Source of the DNA: Octopus bimaculoides
Lineage: Eukaryota
Length of the DNA: 64,000 nucleotides
Assembly (NCBI RefSeq): GCF_001194135.2
Contig: NC_068981.1
Coordinates: 5,432,562-5,496,561 of the forward strand
Direction of reading: 5' to 3'
Part shown: piece by piece, positions 10,301 through 21,905 of the stretch
Numbering within the stretch: the stretch's first letter is position 1
Layout: each line of letters starts with the position of its first letter
The notes under the pieces: model-generated
Seen by the model: only the letters and a program-made list of their open reading frames with translations
Told to the model about the DNA's origin: nothing
The model's database searches: none
Translations under genes and position numbers: made by a program

Positions 10301-13300
10301 CTTTTTAACATGTCCCCTTTTATCTGCCCATATTTTCTCTCTTTCTCTCTCTATATTTGTGAGTCGTGTAACATGGAACATAGTTTAATATCAAATATTT
10401 TTTCTGTTGTTCTGTTAACAAAAATTTTTTTTTTTTCGTAATTTAAAAAGCAAAATCCGTTCAAAATGTTATTGTAGCGGAAGTTGTTAAGCAATATTTT
10501 CTTGTGTCGAGGTTTTTTTTTCTCTTTAGTTTTTTTTTACTTGCTTTTAAAAGCCCACGGTTTCCATTTATTTAAAACAACTCCAGTCCTGCATGCAAAG
10601 CTCAACCATTAAGATATTCTAAAACTGCACGTGATGACTTAGCTTGGCCGTTTATCTCTGTGAGTTCCTCTTTTTTCTTCTATATTTAATCAGTCGTTCT
10701 CGTTTTTCTCGGTTCGTTTGCCCCCTTTTAAAAACATGTGTGGTTCTTGGGAATAGTTTTAGCGCTTGTCCCAAGCATGTTGCAAGTTTTTAGAATGAAA
10801 TCGGACAGGCTGCTGCTGCTACTCCTGCTGCTGCTGGCTCTTTAAAATCTTTGGCTTTCCTCGTCCTTTCGTTCCCGAACAAAGCCATTGTGTTGTTTGT
10901 GTTATTTGCTAGACACAGTTTATCCGACTACATTAACCATCTTTATTTACTATAAATCCTGGATCTACATTCTTTTTTATTAAACCAATTATAACCTCTA
11001 CCATAATTGTTTTGCGTTGCAATCGGCCAACTTTTTTTTAAATAATTTCTCCAAAATTCACTGTTTCTCTCCGTTGCACTGGTTTTCCTTTCCCTTGTCC
11101 GTTATTTGCTTTCTAAATTAAGATCTATTCAAGTACAGGTCAGTAAATATATTTATGACCCTTCATTTTGCCCTCCCATTCACTTATGTCTTAAAACAGT
11201 TTATATAATTACTCAGTCGTTAGTCTAATCAAGTTTTTTTTTTANNNNNNNNNNCCCCCCCCCCACATATACAGAAAACTCGTTTATATATAAATAGATT
11301 TTTTGTTATGTTTTCTAATATTCCTTATTTTCCAATTTTGTTTGCCTTCCGAGAATTTAACAGGTGTTTATAATATATATTTATATCTGTCGAGAGATAT
11401 ATAGACAGACAGAACCAAGGTGTACAATTTAATAATTTCAAGTATATTTCCCCCCTTTTTCCATTTTATAAACATCCGACATTTCATGTAATGCAATAAA
11501 TATGGAAAATAATGCCAATGTTATTTACCATAAATTTCTGAAAGGTTTTGTAAAGAATTCTTATATAATGGTCATTAACGAAAGAGAAAAAGAAAAAAAA
11601 ACAAATGAATACGGAAGTGAAAACAATATATTTTTAGTTCTTTAATAAACGGAATTATAAACCGTAAATAAATATTGGTTTGTTTTAGGGTTTCCAATAT
11701 AACCCCCCCCCCTCCTCCCCGAATTTATTTAAGGTTTACACGAAGCTTCTCTATTTTGAATAATTTTTAGATGGTTTTTTTTTTCTAAATCTTTTTTTGT
11801 GTGTGTTTGGTTGTTATTGCTGCTTAAAGTAGGTCAGAGGTGCTTGGCGTTTCTTCAATATGAACTTCTTTGTTTACCTCCACTAGTTTCAACTGACTCA
11901 TTTTACCCTCTTTTCTCGAAATAGCTTTTATTATTCTAGTTATTTCGTCGTTTTTTTCTTTTTAACGACAAAATAATTATGTAACATTTTGATGTTTTGG
12001 AAGATAATTTTTTTTTGAAAATTTAATTAAATAGCATCGCTTAAATTTTCTTATCCGTCTCTCTCCCTCCCTCATCCCGCAAAAATCTAGAATCGGTGTT
12101 AAAAAAAACAACTTATATAGATGTGATTTTAATGAGTCCAGTTGTAAGAAGTGAATGTTATTTTGAAGTGAAAGTCGGGTCTTATGACAGTTAAAATGGT
12201 CGAAATACTTTCATTGTGGTGCTGCTACAAAAGGGGAGTTAATTAGGTGTAGTTTTCTGCGAGTTAGAGCTCCACGAGTTACTTCCTCTTTGCTTCCCCT
12301 AATTTGACAGCACGTGCTTCAGCAGGTCAACATTTTTAAGATTTTTTCTTTATCAATCTGGATCAACGGACAAATATAGAACCTCTTCAATATTAATCAG
12401 TAGATTCTGGCCAAGTAACAGTTTTTATTATTGAAATTGAAAATGGATTTTGATGACTTTAACATTGAGTAACATACTTTAAACTTTTTTTTGTCTTTAT
12501 AATTTGCTAAAAGCAATTGTCTCGTGTTTTATTGAATTTACTGAACTTCTACTTTCAGGAGGGTGTAGAGTGGAAGATGGGAATTGTGAAGAGAATTACT
12601 TTTCAGATGACAACCTCACAGCACTCCAAAAACTGGAGAAGTACATTGATAGTGACAATGCCTTCAGCAGGTAAGCATCGTTTCACATGATTTAAAACAA
12701 ATGCTGATCTCATTAATTCCAATACTTTTCTCTGTAGAAACAGTAGGCTTCAAAGTCGCTGGCATGTTTTTCTTTTATTCTACCTGGACGCTTTAAAGAA
12801 GCTACTTTGAAGTATAAATCGTTAAAAAATGGTTTGTTTGAATTTTGATGTATTTTTTTTTCTTTGTAAGAAGTCCCAATTAGGCTTCTGGTTCATTCCC
12901 AGTGTGGCACTCTGGACAAGTGTTTGACTATTTTTTTTTTTGCTCTCACCCTGGGCCACCCAAAAATCCTTGAGTGGATTTGGTTTACAGAAACCAAAAG
13001 AATCTGATTGTGTTCATGTTTGTGTCTCCTCGTCGTATTGCACGATGTAATTCAAGTTGTCATTTCGTTTCCAATCTTCTTTATAAACATGTCTCCAGCC
13101 TTTTGGAAATATGACCTTGTTTGAAGTCCAGATATATACAAATATCTAAAATGAATTAGCCTCTCCATTCTGTTACAAATGGTAGCCAAATGTCACTTGA
13201 CTTGTATTGGGAGGATTCATATTACTAAATTAATTTAAATGGATCAGCTAGCCACAACTAATTTCAGTTTGCGCTTTCATGATTGCTAGATTGGTCTTTC

Positions 13301-16300
13301 TTGCAAATTTGTAGCTGGTTGTACAAATAAGTCGACAGCATTTTATTCTATTCTATTCAGTTAATTCAATGTGATTCACCTGGTTTGGTTAAAATAGGCT
13401 TGGGTCAGTGGTTCTTGACCATTTATCTATCTCTGGACCTCTGATTCCTATTTTGGTCAGTTGGACAATCATGACCAATGTTTAAAATATTTTTTATAAT
13501 TGTTAGACATTGCATCAAACAATGAAAAATATTTTGTCTTGTAGAAGTCTAACCAGTTTATTGCAGATAAATTGCAACTGATACCTATATGGACCCTCAG
13601 GGTCCATATATGTGGGCCCTGGTGGGAAAGCTCTGGGTTGGAATTTATTAGCGGACGCGAATGTCTTGTTTCAAGTATCATTGAGGTGAGAGGTTTATGC
13701 AAGACAGACCTAACTCTTGGAAACGATCCATCTTCACAAAGAAGTTATGGAATTTGTTGTATTCACCATATCTATTTGTGAGAATATTTTTCAGGGCAAA
13801 ATGAACTCCATTTTGTAGTCATGAGTAATTTGACAGGTTTTGAATTAATCATGCCCCACCTTGTAGCATAATGACAGACAATATTTGACTTGGATAAGGC
13901 TACATGAAATACCAAAGGATGAAAATATTTTTGTACCAATTTGTTTCAGTCACTAGGGAGTGTCCATGGGCCACTGCCTTAAATAATTTTTGGGTTGGAA
14001 GAATTAACTCCTGTATTTGGTTTTCTTGTTTTAAATGACTAGTACTTTCCTGTTGGTCTCTTCTGTTGAACTACTAAATTATAGACATAAACACAACAAT
14101 ACCAGTTATCAAGCTGTGATGGTGGGAGGCAAACAAACGTTTGTATGTGTGTTATATGTATATAAATGAAACTCATGTGGACCCTGGTTGAAAAGCACAG
14201 GATTAGGATTTACTAGGGAATACGAATGCCTTGTTTAAAGTGTCACTGAGGGTTCTTTCACTTTCTATCAAATCCACTCACAAGGCTTTGGTCAGCCCAA
14301 GCCTTATAGTAGAAGACACTTGCCTAGATGCTATGCAGTGGGACTGAACCCAGAACCATATGGTTGGGAAGCAAATTTCTGAACACACCGCCACACCTTA
14401 TGTCAATTTTATTGGCATCAATGTAAGCATGAGTGTGGTGCATGTGGTCAAGAAGTTTGCTTCCGAAATGCAGGGTTTTAAGTTCAGTCCACCTACATGA
14501 CACTTTGGGTAAGCATCTTCTGATATAGCCCTGGGCTGACTAAAGCCTTGTCAGTGGATTTGATCGACAGAAAAAAGTAGCCTGTTGTGTCTGTGTGTCA
14601 TCTTCACGTTGTCTAACTGCTGTAAAGGTGTGTCACTGTCCTAATTAGTTCCATTCATTTCCAACATTGTGCAAATAAGTCTGTCCATGAAGGAAATGTT
14701 GAGTTGTTTGGAAACGGGTGAGGGTTGGCAACCGGTGGCACGACTGACTGTAGAAAATCTGCTGATCCATGCAAACATAAAAATGGGAAATCTACGAAAT
14801 TGGGATCCTCTTTGTGAAGTGATGCTAAGGTCTGAACAGTGTATCTAGGCTCAAATATTTGTAGGTGCAGGAGTGTTGTAAGAAGTTTGTTTCCCAACCA
14901 CATGGTTCTGGGTTCAGTCCCACAGCATGGCACCTTGGGCAAGTGTTTTCTATAGCCTCAAGCCGACCAAATTGCTGTTGGTTTGTGTATGTCCTTGTAA
15001 ATCAGCAGTTTTCCATTGTGATTACTGTTTGATCTGATTCCAGGACGATCCAGTTAGATTTTTAATTATGTGCACAGTCATTGCTCTAGCAACTGAATGT
15101 CAATCTGTTCTTATTGGTTGCATAAATACTGCTTTGGTCAGAACTATAAAGTTGCTTTTAATTCCTTGGCCTCTTGCTCAAGATTAGTATGTAGTTTCTG
15201 TAGGCGTGGCTGTGTAGCAAGACATTTTCTTCTCAACCATATGGTTCCTAGTTCAGTCTCACTGTGTTCCAACTTGGGCAAGTGTCTTTTACTATAGCTT
15301 CAGGTTGAATAACACCTTTTTGAGTGGATGTGTGTGTCCTTGTCTGTTTGCCCCCCCCCCCCCATCCCAACCCCACACAGTGCTGGTGGATTGGCCAAGG
15401 ATAAGTACCTGGCTTAAGCTGCTTGGGTCAATTCATTTGGCTAAAGATTCAAGGCACTCTGCCCTAGCATGGCCAGTCTAATGANNNNNNNNNNNNNNNN
15501 NNNNNNNNNNNNNNNNNNNNNNNNNNNNNNNNNNNNNNNNNNNNNNNNNNNNNNNNNNNNNNNNNNNNNNNNNNNNNNNNNNNNNNNNNNNNNNNNNNNN
15601 NNNNNNNNNNNNNNNNNNNNNNNNNNNNNNNNNNNNNNNNNNNNNNNNNNNNNNNNNNNNNNNNNNNNNNNNNNNNNNNNNNNNNNNNNNNNNNNNNNNN
15701 NNNNNNNNNNNNNNNNNNNNNNNNNNNNNNNNNNNNNNNNNNNNNNNNNNNNNNNNNNNNNNNNNNNNNNNNNNNNNNNNNNNNNNNNNNNNNNNNNNNN
15801 NNNNNNNNNNNNNNNNNNNNNNNNNNNNNNNNNNNNNNNNNNNNNNNNNNNNNNNNNNNNNNNNNNNNNNNNNNNNNNNNNNNNNNNNNNNNNNNNNNNN
15901 NNNNNNNNNNNNNNNNNNNNNNNNNNNNNNNNNNNNNNNNNNNNNNNNNNNNNNNNNNNNNNNNNNNNNNNNNNNNNNNNNNNNNNNNNNNNNNNNNNNN
16001 NNNNNNNNAATTTCTGTGCCCTTTCTCGCTAACATTTTCCTTGAATCCTAGGTTTTAACTGGGTGAAAGCTGTAAAGAAATCTCTTGTGTCCAGCTTTCA
16101 TGGATGACAAGCCATGAAAGTGGTCTGGTGGTATCTAAGGACTGAGTTCTCTTTTTTATATCAGGCAGTCGTAACTCAATGGCTGTGGAACAACCTTTTG
16201 GGTCATAGAATTGATGTTCAGAAATGCTTGCTCACTGCCACCTGAGATACATTGTTGGCCCTTTTCAGTGATTTCTCAAGCCCACCCCTTTTTTTTTTTT

Positions 16301-19300
16301 GGTACCTCTGGACCTCTTTGGTTACTATTCTACAATGACATTTCCAAAGACCATCAGTGTTGGAGACACTTTTTTTTTTCAAAGTTCCTATTCTGCTTTT
16401 CATATATCAACTTTTATATGTTGAACTATTTAAAACATTTAAAAATCTGTAGCTGTTTCCTACAGTAAATACATCCAAATCAAAATTTTTTCCTGGATCC
16501 TTAAAATGTGGACCCCTGGGACTAAATGGAAAATGGTTGAGAACCATTGGTCTACTTTATTTTTTCCAGTCCACCACCACCTCCCTCTCCTTCCTCTTGG
16601 CAGTGTCTTTGCTGGTTTGGCTAGCAATAGCTCCAAAGAACATTAACCTGCTCAGTTACACCAGCAATGGTGACAACTTTGTTCAGTTGGGCCCATGTGC
16701 CTGGCTTTTGTTTAGGCAACAGGAGAGAACTTCCACTTCAGAGACAAACCAACACAAAACAATGGGTATAATGTGGAATACAGCTTAAGAGGAAGCTAGA
16801 GGAACTGGATAAATCTGCCAGACATACTGGAATTCTGTCTGTGTTCCCCCCCCCCTCTCATCCTGGGCAAAAAATTAAAGATGCATTCAGAATTTGCAGA
16901 TTCTTTGAATTAGATATGTCTTCTAAATCTCCTTTACTGGTCTTAGATGGAGTGAAATGATTAATCATAGTATTAAAGCAAATCTTTTTTCTTTTTTCCC
17001 TTCCATACATTATATTTAAAACACATATTTGTTATGTTTTGGATGACATTTGTTTCAAACTTAATCCACTTTTCTGTTGAAATACATAGTTTTTGTTTTG
17101 ATTTATTTTGAAAATAAGAATTTATAGACAAAATAATCCTTTTCTTAGCATATTCCTGTTATGTTCACTCTTTGTTTTAGTTAAGTTTGAAAAGAATGAA
17201 TTTAGTGAGATAAGTGTATCCTCATTAACCCAGTGTTAGGAACAATGAAGTTTGGATGGAAGGTTTTAGTTTAGATCACTTCAAAAGAAACCTCTTGTAT
17301 CATAGACTGGGCTTACTCAAACTGCTTGATATCAAAAGGGTCACTTTAGGTTTCTTTTGAAACTTGAAAAAATGTTTGACATTTGAAATGGTTTTGTTTC
17401 CTGTTTTTCTTTGGTCTTCGTATTGTTTTCTAAAAACCTGATGACTGATTTTTCTATAGGCAATCGTCTAAGTGACCAGAGGTCAGATGCCCAAATTTTT
17501 TGATGTTTATATTATGTACTCATTACTTGATGCATTTTATACTGGATTTTAACAGCAAAAACTGGGGTTGTGACTTAGTTACGGAGCAGGACTGAACTCC
17601 TTAGCATTTCAACCTACCATGCCCGGATTGAGTATTCGGTTTAATGTTCAAACTGGTCTAACTTATAACATCATTCTAAAAAAATTGTCACATCCTCAAA
17701 ATCTTGGAGCTACAAGATAATGCCCAATGCGAATCGATGTGAATAAATAAGCATTACATTTGATGGAGAAATCTGAATGCTAAAGAGTTTGATCAAAGAA
17801 AGGAAAAGCTTTGTATGCAAGATTAACACTAAATTTCAAATGCAACTCGTAAAAATCAATGCAACATTTATATATTGTAAAATATTGTATGAATTTGTGT
17901 AATTAAGGTCCCAAGACAAAGATGGCTTTATTTCATGCTATCTGTTTTATTTATTTTATTTTATGTTTTTGTATATTTTCAGAACCTACTGTTAGGTCAG
18001 ATTTGGTTGAGCAAGTCCCTCATGTTGCCATGTACTGTCAACAAAAAAGTAACTTATTTGCCAATGCTGTTCCTACTTATATTCTGCCTTTGATTGTCAA
18101 ATACCTCAGTGACAGTGACAACCAGGTACATAGTTACACACATTCTACCCACCTCTTCTTTTCACCCAGGTACCTAAAATTAAATTAGTTGTTGTCCTTT
18201 TTTTTTTCTGTTTTGGAATGTCTAGGTAAGAAAGACCAGTCATGCTGCCCTTGTGGTACTTCTTGAACAAGAACTTGTAGAAAGAGGTAATTATTTCTTT
18301 GTCAGTTTTAAACTTGCTTCTGATAGGGTCCTTGGTTCAATCTTCGGCTATTTCATATTTGCAGCAAATAATGTCATCTCCTGGTGTTTCACTCTTTGTC
18401 CTTCCTTCATCCATTAATATTTTTCTCTCCACTTCACCATCTCCCTCACCTCATACACTTCCCTCCCCCACCTATCCACTCTTGTAGCCCACCCAGTTAC
18501 ATGTCATCTGTCTCTTTACTGTATCAATATTCTGCTGCCCTGCATTCCGTCAATCTTTACTCTTGACACTTGGCCTCAGAGGTCATCCACCATTCATCTC
18601 CCTTTCAGGGCCACCTATCTTTCCAATCACATTCTTCCCCCATTCTCTCTCCACCTACCCACACTACGGATTCTTCTATGCCCCTTGTACCTTGAAGGTC
18701 TGCCCAGACACCTCGTCACTGTTTTTGTCTTTGGAGCTCCACCCAATCACTTAGCCTCCCTTCCAAAATGCAAATACTGGTGTAGCAGCTCCTCTACAGC
18801 AATAAACCACTGCTCTGGCCCCTTATTTCATGCTTTAACTCCTAATTCTCCCTCTTCAAGGTTCATAGTCTTGCAACCTCACTGGTGTTGGTGGCACAAG
18901 AGAAGCACCCAGTACGCTCTGTAGCATGTTTGGCATTAGAGAGGCACCCAACTGTAGAAACCATGTCGGCAGACAATGCAGCATGATAGGCAGTCCTTGG
19001 GACCATCAGATTCTCTCAAACCGTTGACCACATGCCGGCATAAAAAAAATAAATGGACATTAAATATGGAATTCACTAAATTGGAAAGCTGATGGGATGA
19101 AATGCCTTTTCTATATTATTATTGAGGTTTCAATCCAATGTCGAAGCTTCCATGATAGCCATTGGTATGAATTGGTTTCAAGGATTTGCTGCCATTCTTT
19201 ACAGAGAATGGCGGACTTTGTTCATTTCTCCAGTCGGCAGTAGGATGTAAATTAATTCTGTGAGACTCATTAAAAATATTTTAAATTGTTGAATCTTCTT

Positions 19301-21873
19301 AAATATTTTGGGTGATCGTGTGTCCTTTAGCATGTTAATGTTTTATTTCAGTCGATGTTGAAGACCAGGTGGTTCAAGTATTGTTGGACCTTGCTTGTCC
19401 AACAAGTCCAGATGAATTTCGCACAGAAGCTGCTGCCGTAAGTGGACACTTTCAACTACCTCTTACTTTACGCAACATGCACTAACTTACTACTCCCTCC
19501 CTGTTCTAGTTTTGCCCTTTTTTCAGTTTCCAGCCTCGTCCCTTTTTTATTTTTTCCACTATAACAATTGTGTTTGGCTTGAAAGACACGGGTAGTGAGA
19601 TGTTATTTTATAAACTTCTTACTACCCTGTCTTTCGAGCGGATCACTTTACATTCTTGCTGCTGATGAAATATGAATTGAAACTGCAAGTAAAGCGAAAC
19701 TAGTTTGTCTAATTATGCCTAATTATGTAAAAAAAAAGAGAAGGAAAAAAGAAATTTTAGTTGAATAACTACAGTTACATTCCGCCCGTCCCTCTCCGTT
19801 ATTCCTTTCAGTGCAACAGAGCTTGATGTAGAAACAGGTTACAAAGGCATCAATGCTGGATGTCATAGTAAATCTATGGGGCCTATCACAGCCAGCTTTG
19901 ATGAGCCTTGTCTCCTGCCAGTCATCACTGCTAGTTTGGTGTGCCCCTTACCCCCCACTTGGATATTTGCAGATTTTGAGTTTTCAGAATAGAAGAAAAG
20001 AATCTTTGTTTGTTTGTTTTTGTTTGTCTGCCATGTCTGTTACTGACCAAGTGGTTGTGAATGTGCTGCTAAATTGGACTTTCATATCACAGCCTGCTTG
20101 GATCAGTAACATACTTGGTGCTTCAACGCCTTGGAATGGACAACAGCCATTTTTTAACACCTTTCTAACATTGCCTATTCTCTCCTAACCTTGTTACAGC
20201 TCATCAAAGGACTGTGATATATAGATATTTGAACGTCTCACAGCCAGCTTTGATGAGCTGGCTGTAGGTTGCTTCCCTGCTCCGCTAGCTTTACACCTTT
20301 TTTTTTTTTTTTTTTTTNNNNNNNNNNGCAATAGCTTTCTTCAGCTTTTTTTTTTTTTTGTTTTTTTTTAAACCAATATCCTTAGTGTTGTGACTGTGTT
20401 GTATCTCATCAAAGAGCTGGGATATGCTAACAAAATGACGTATCACAGCTAGCTTTGATGAGCTAGGGCACTGTTGAAAGCATCACAAATCCACATGTTG
20501 CTTGAGATGTTCCTTTTTTTTTTGTTTTTTTATATACCTATTAGTTGTGTAAGGTGTTTTTGTATTTAATTTACGTGACTTTTTTTTTTTTCGTATTTTT
20601 GTGTGAGGTGTTTGGCAAGAATAAATGGTTAGATTCATTGATTTTGTTTCCCTCCTATTGGCATTTCTGAATTGGACATAGTTCTCTGTGTGTATCTATT
20701 GGCCATGTTGCATCTCATCAAATAACTGGGATATGCGGTTATAATGACGTATCACAGCTAGCTTTGATGAGCTTCAACTTGGTTGTTCTCAGCAACCTGG
20801 TTCACCCTCCTGGATATTTTCTCTCTCTCTCTCCTTTTTCCCGACTTTATAATCCCTTTCCATGTTTTTCTTGATGCTTTTGTATCTGGCACCCTGAATT
20901 CTAGTGGCTTAGTTGTAACTCATCAAATAACTGGGATATGCTGCTATTAGGACATATCACAGCTAGCTTTGATGAGCTGGGACTTGGTTTATTTTGGCAC
21001 ACTTCTCACCATTTTAGTTGATGGGGGAAAATTTAATGTTCTTGCTGGATTATAAGATGTTGTTTATAATTAATAAATGTTGTTGACTGTGTTTTGATGT
21101 TCCGACTCTATTGTAACTCATTAAAGAGCTGGGATATGCTGTCTTTCTGACATATCACAGCTAGCTTTGATGAGCTACACTTGGGTTATTTCACCTCCAA
21201 TTTACTTGTTTACTTTGTCTTAGCGATTTAATATTCCTCATTTTTCTCATTTAGAAGTCATTTAGTTTCATAGACCAATGTATTTTCAGAAATATTCTTC
21301 AAATAAAAAAAATTAAATGTTGGGGAACTGAAATTATTTTAAAAAAAATTGTTTTAGTTATTGTTTGACGTAATGTTTTCAATTGTCCTATGTTCTCTTG
21401 GTATAATCCCAGGACCACTTAAATCATTGATCATCCCCAAAAGCGGTGCCTTCTGTAGCTGTAGGATTCCCTTTTTCAGACAATGACTTGTTGGAGATAA
21501 CTCAGCCAGATAGCCCCCTCCGTTCTTGTGTTGTCGGGGGCTCTGCTCTCTGCTTTAAGTCACCAAAGTGGTGGTGATGTGTTCTCACTAAACCATATCA
21601 CAGCCAGCTTTGATGAGCTCAAACATGAGACCATACAGCGATGGCTGGGATCTCCTTTCATCAAAGTGGCTGTCATATGCTTTCCAATCCTTCATATCAC
21701 AGCCTGCTTTGATGAGAGGAAGCCCTTCACTGCAAATTCAGATGCCACCATTGTTGTCACTAGCAGCAGCAGCAGCAGCGGCAACAAAACACTTGCTCTC
21801 CCCATTTTTTGTTCCTTTTTATGTATAAAATGTTTTGGAATTACCAGTTTTGGCTTTAAAGTACCAATGTTTT

Positions 21874-21905
<32 letters not shown>

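Noticed and set aside
10795-10845. MKSDRLLLLLLLLLAL, a signal-peptide-like start
   Set aside because: Stops after 16 codons; produced by CTG repeats.
13176-13190. CAA ATG GTA GCC AAA (QMVAK), resembling the missing exon 4 start QMVAR
   Set aside because: No AG acceptor in front (tgtt|a), and the downstream translation does not resemble PP4R1 and soon stops.
13586-13610. 12-bp perfect palindrome tatatggaccct-c-agggtccatata
   Set aside because: Lies inside a hAT-type MITE rich in ggaccc motifs; not an independent element.
15469-16035. Long ORFs spanning N runs (also 22051-22707 and 59644-60123)
   Set aside because: Artefacts of translating assembly gaps.
20141-20156. caacagccatttttt, resembling miR-13
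   Set aside because: Seed start is wrong and there is no complementary arm to form a hairpin.
19884-21717. Repeated ~23-nt motif containing TGATGA, read as a CRISPR-like array or as C/D snoRNA C boxes
   Set aside because: Each copy is the 3' arm of a hairpin and matches miR-2; spacing is irregular, there are no downstream D boxes, and the context is a eukaryotic intron.
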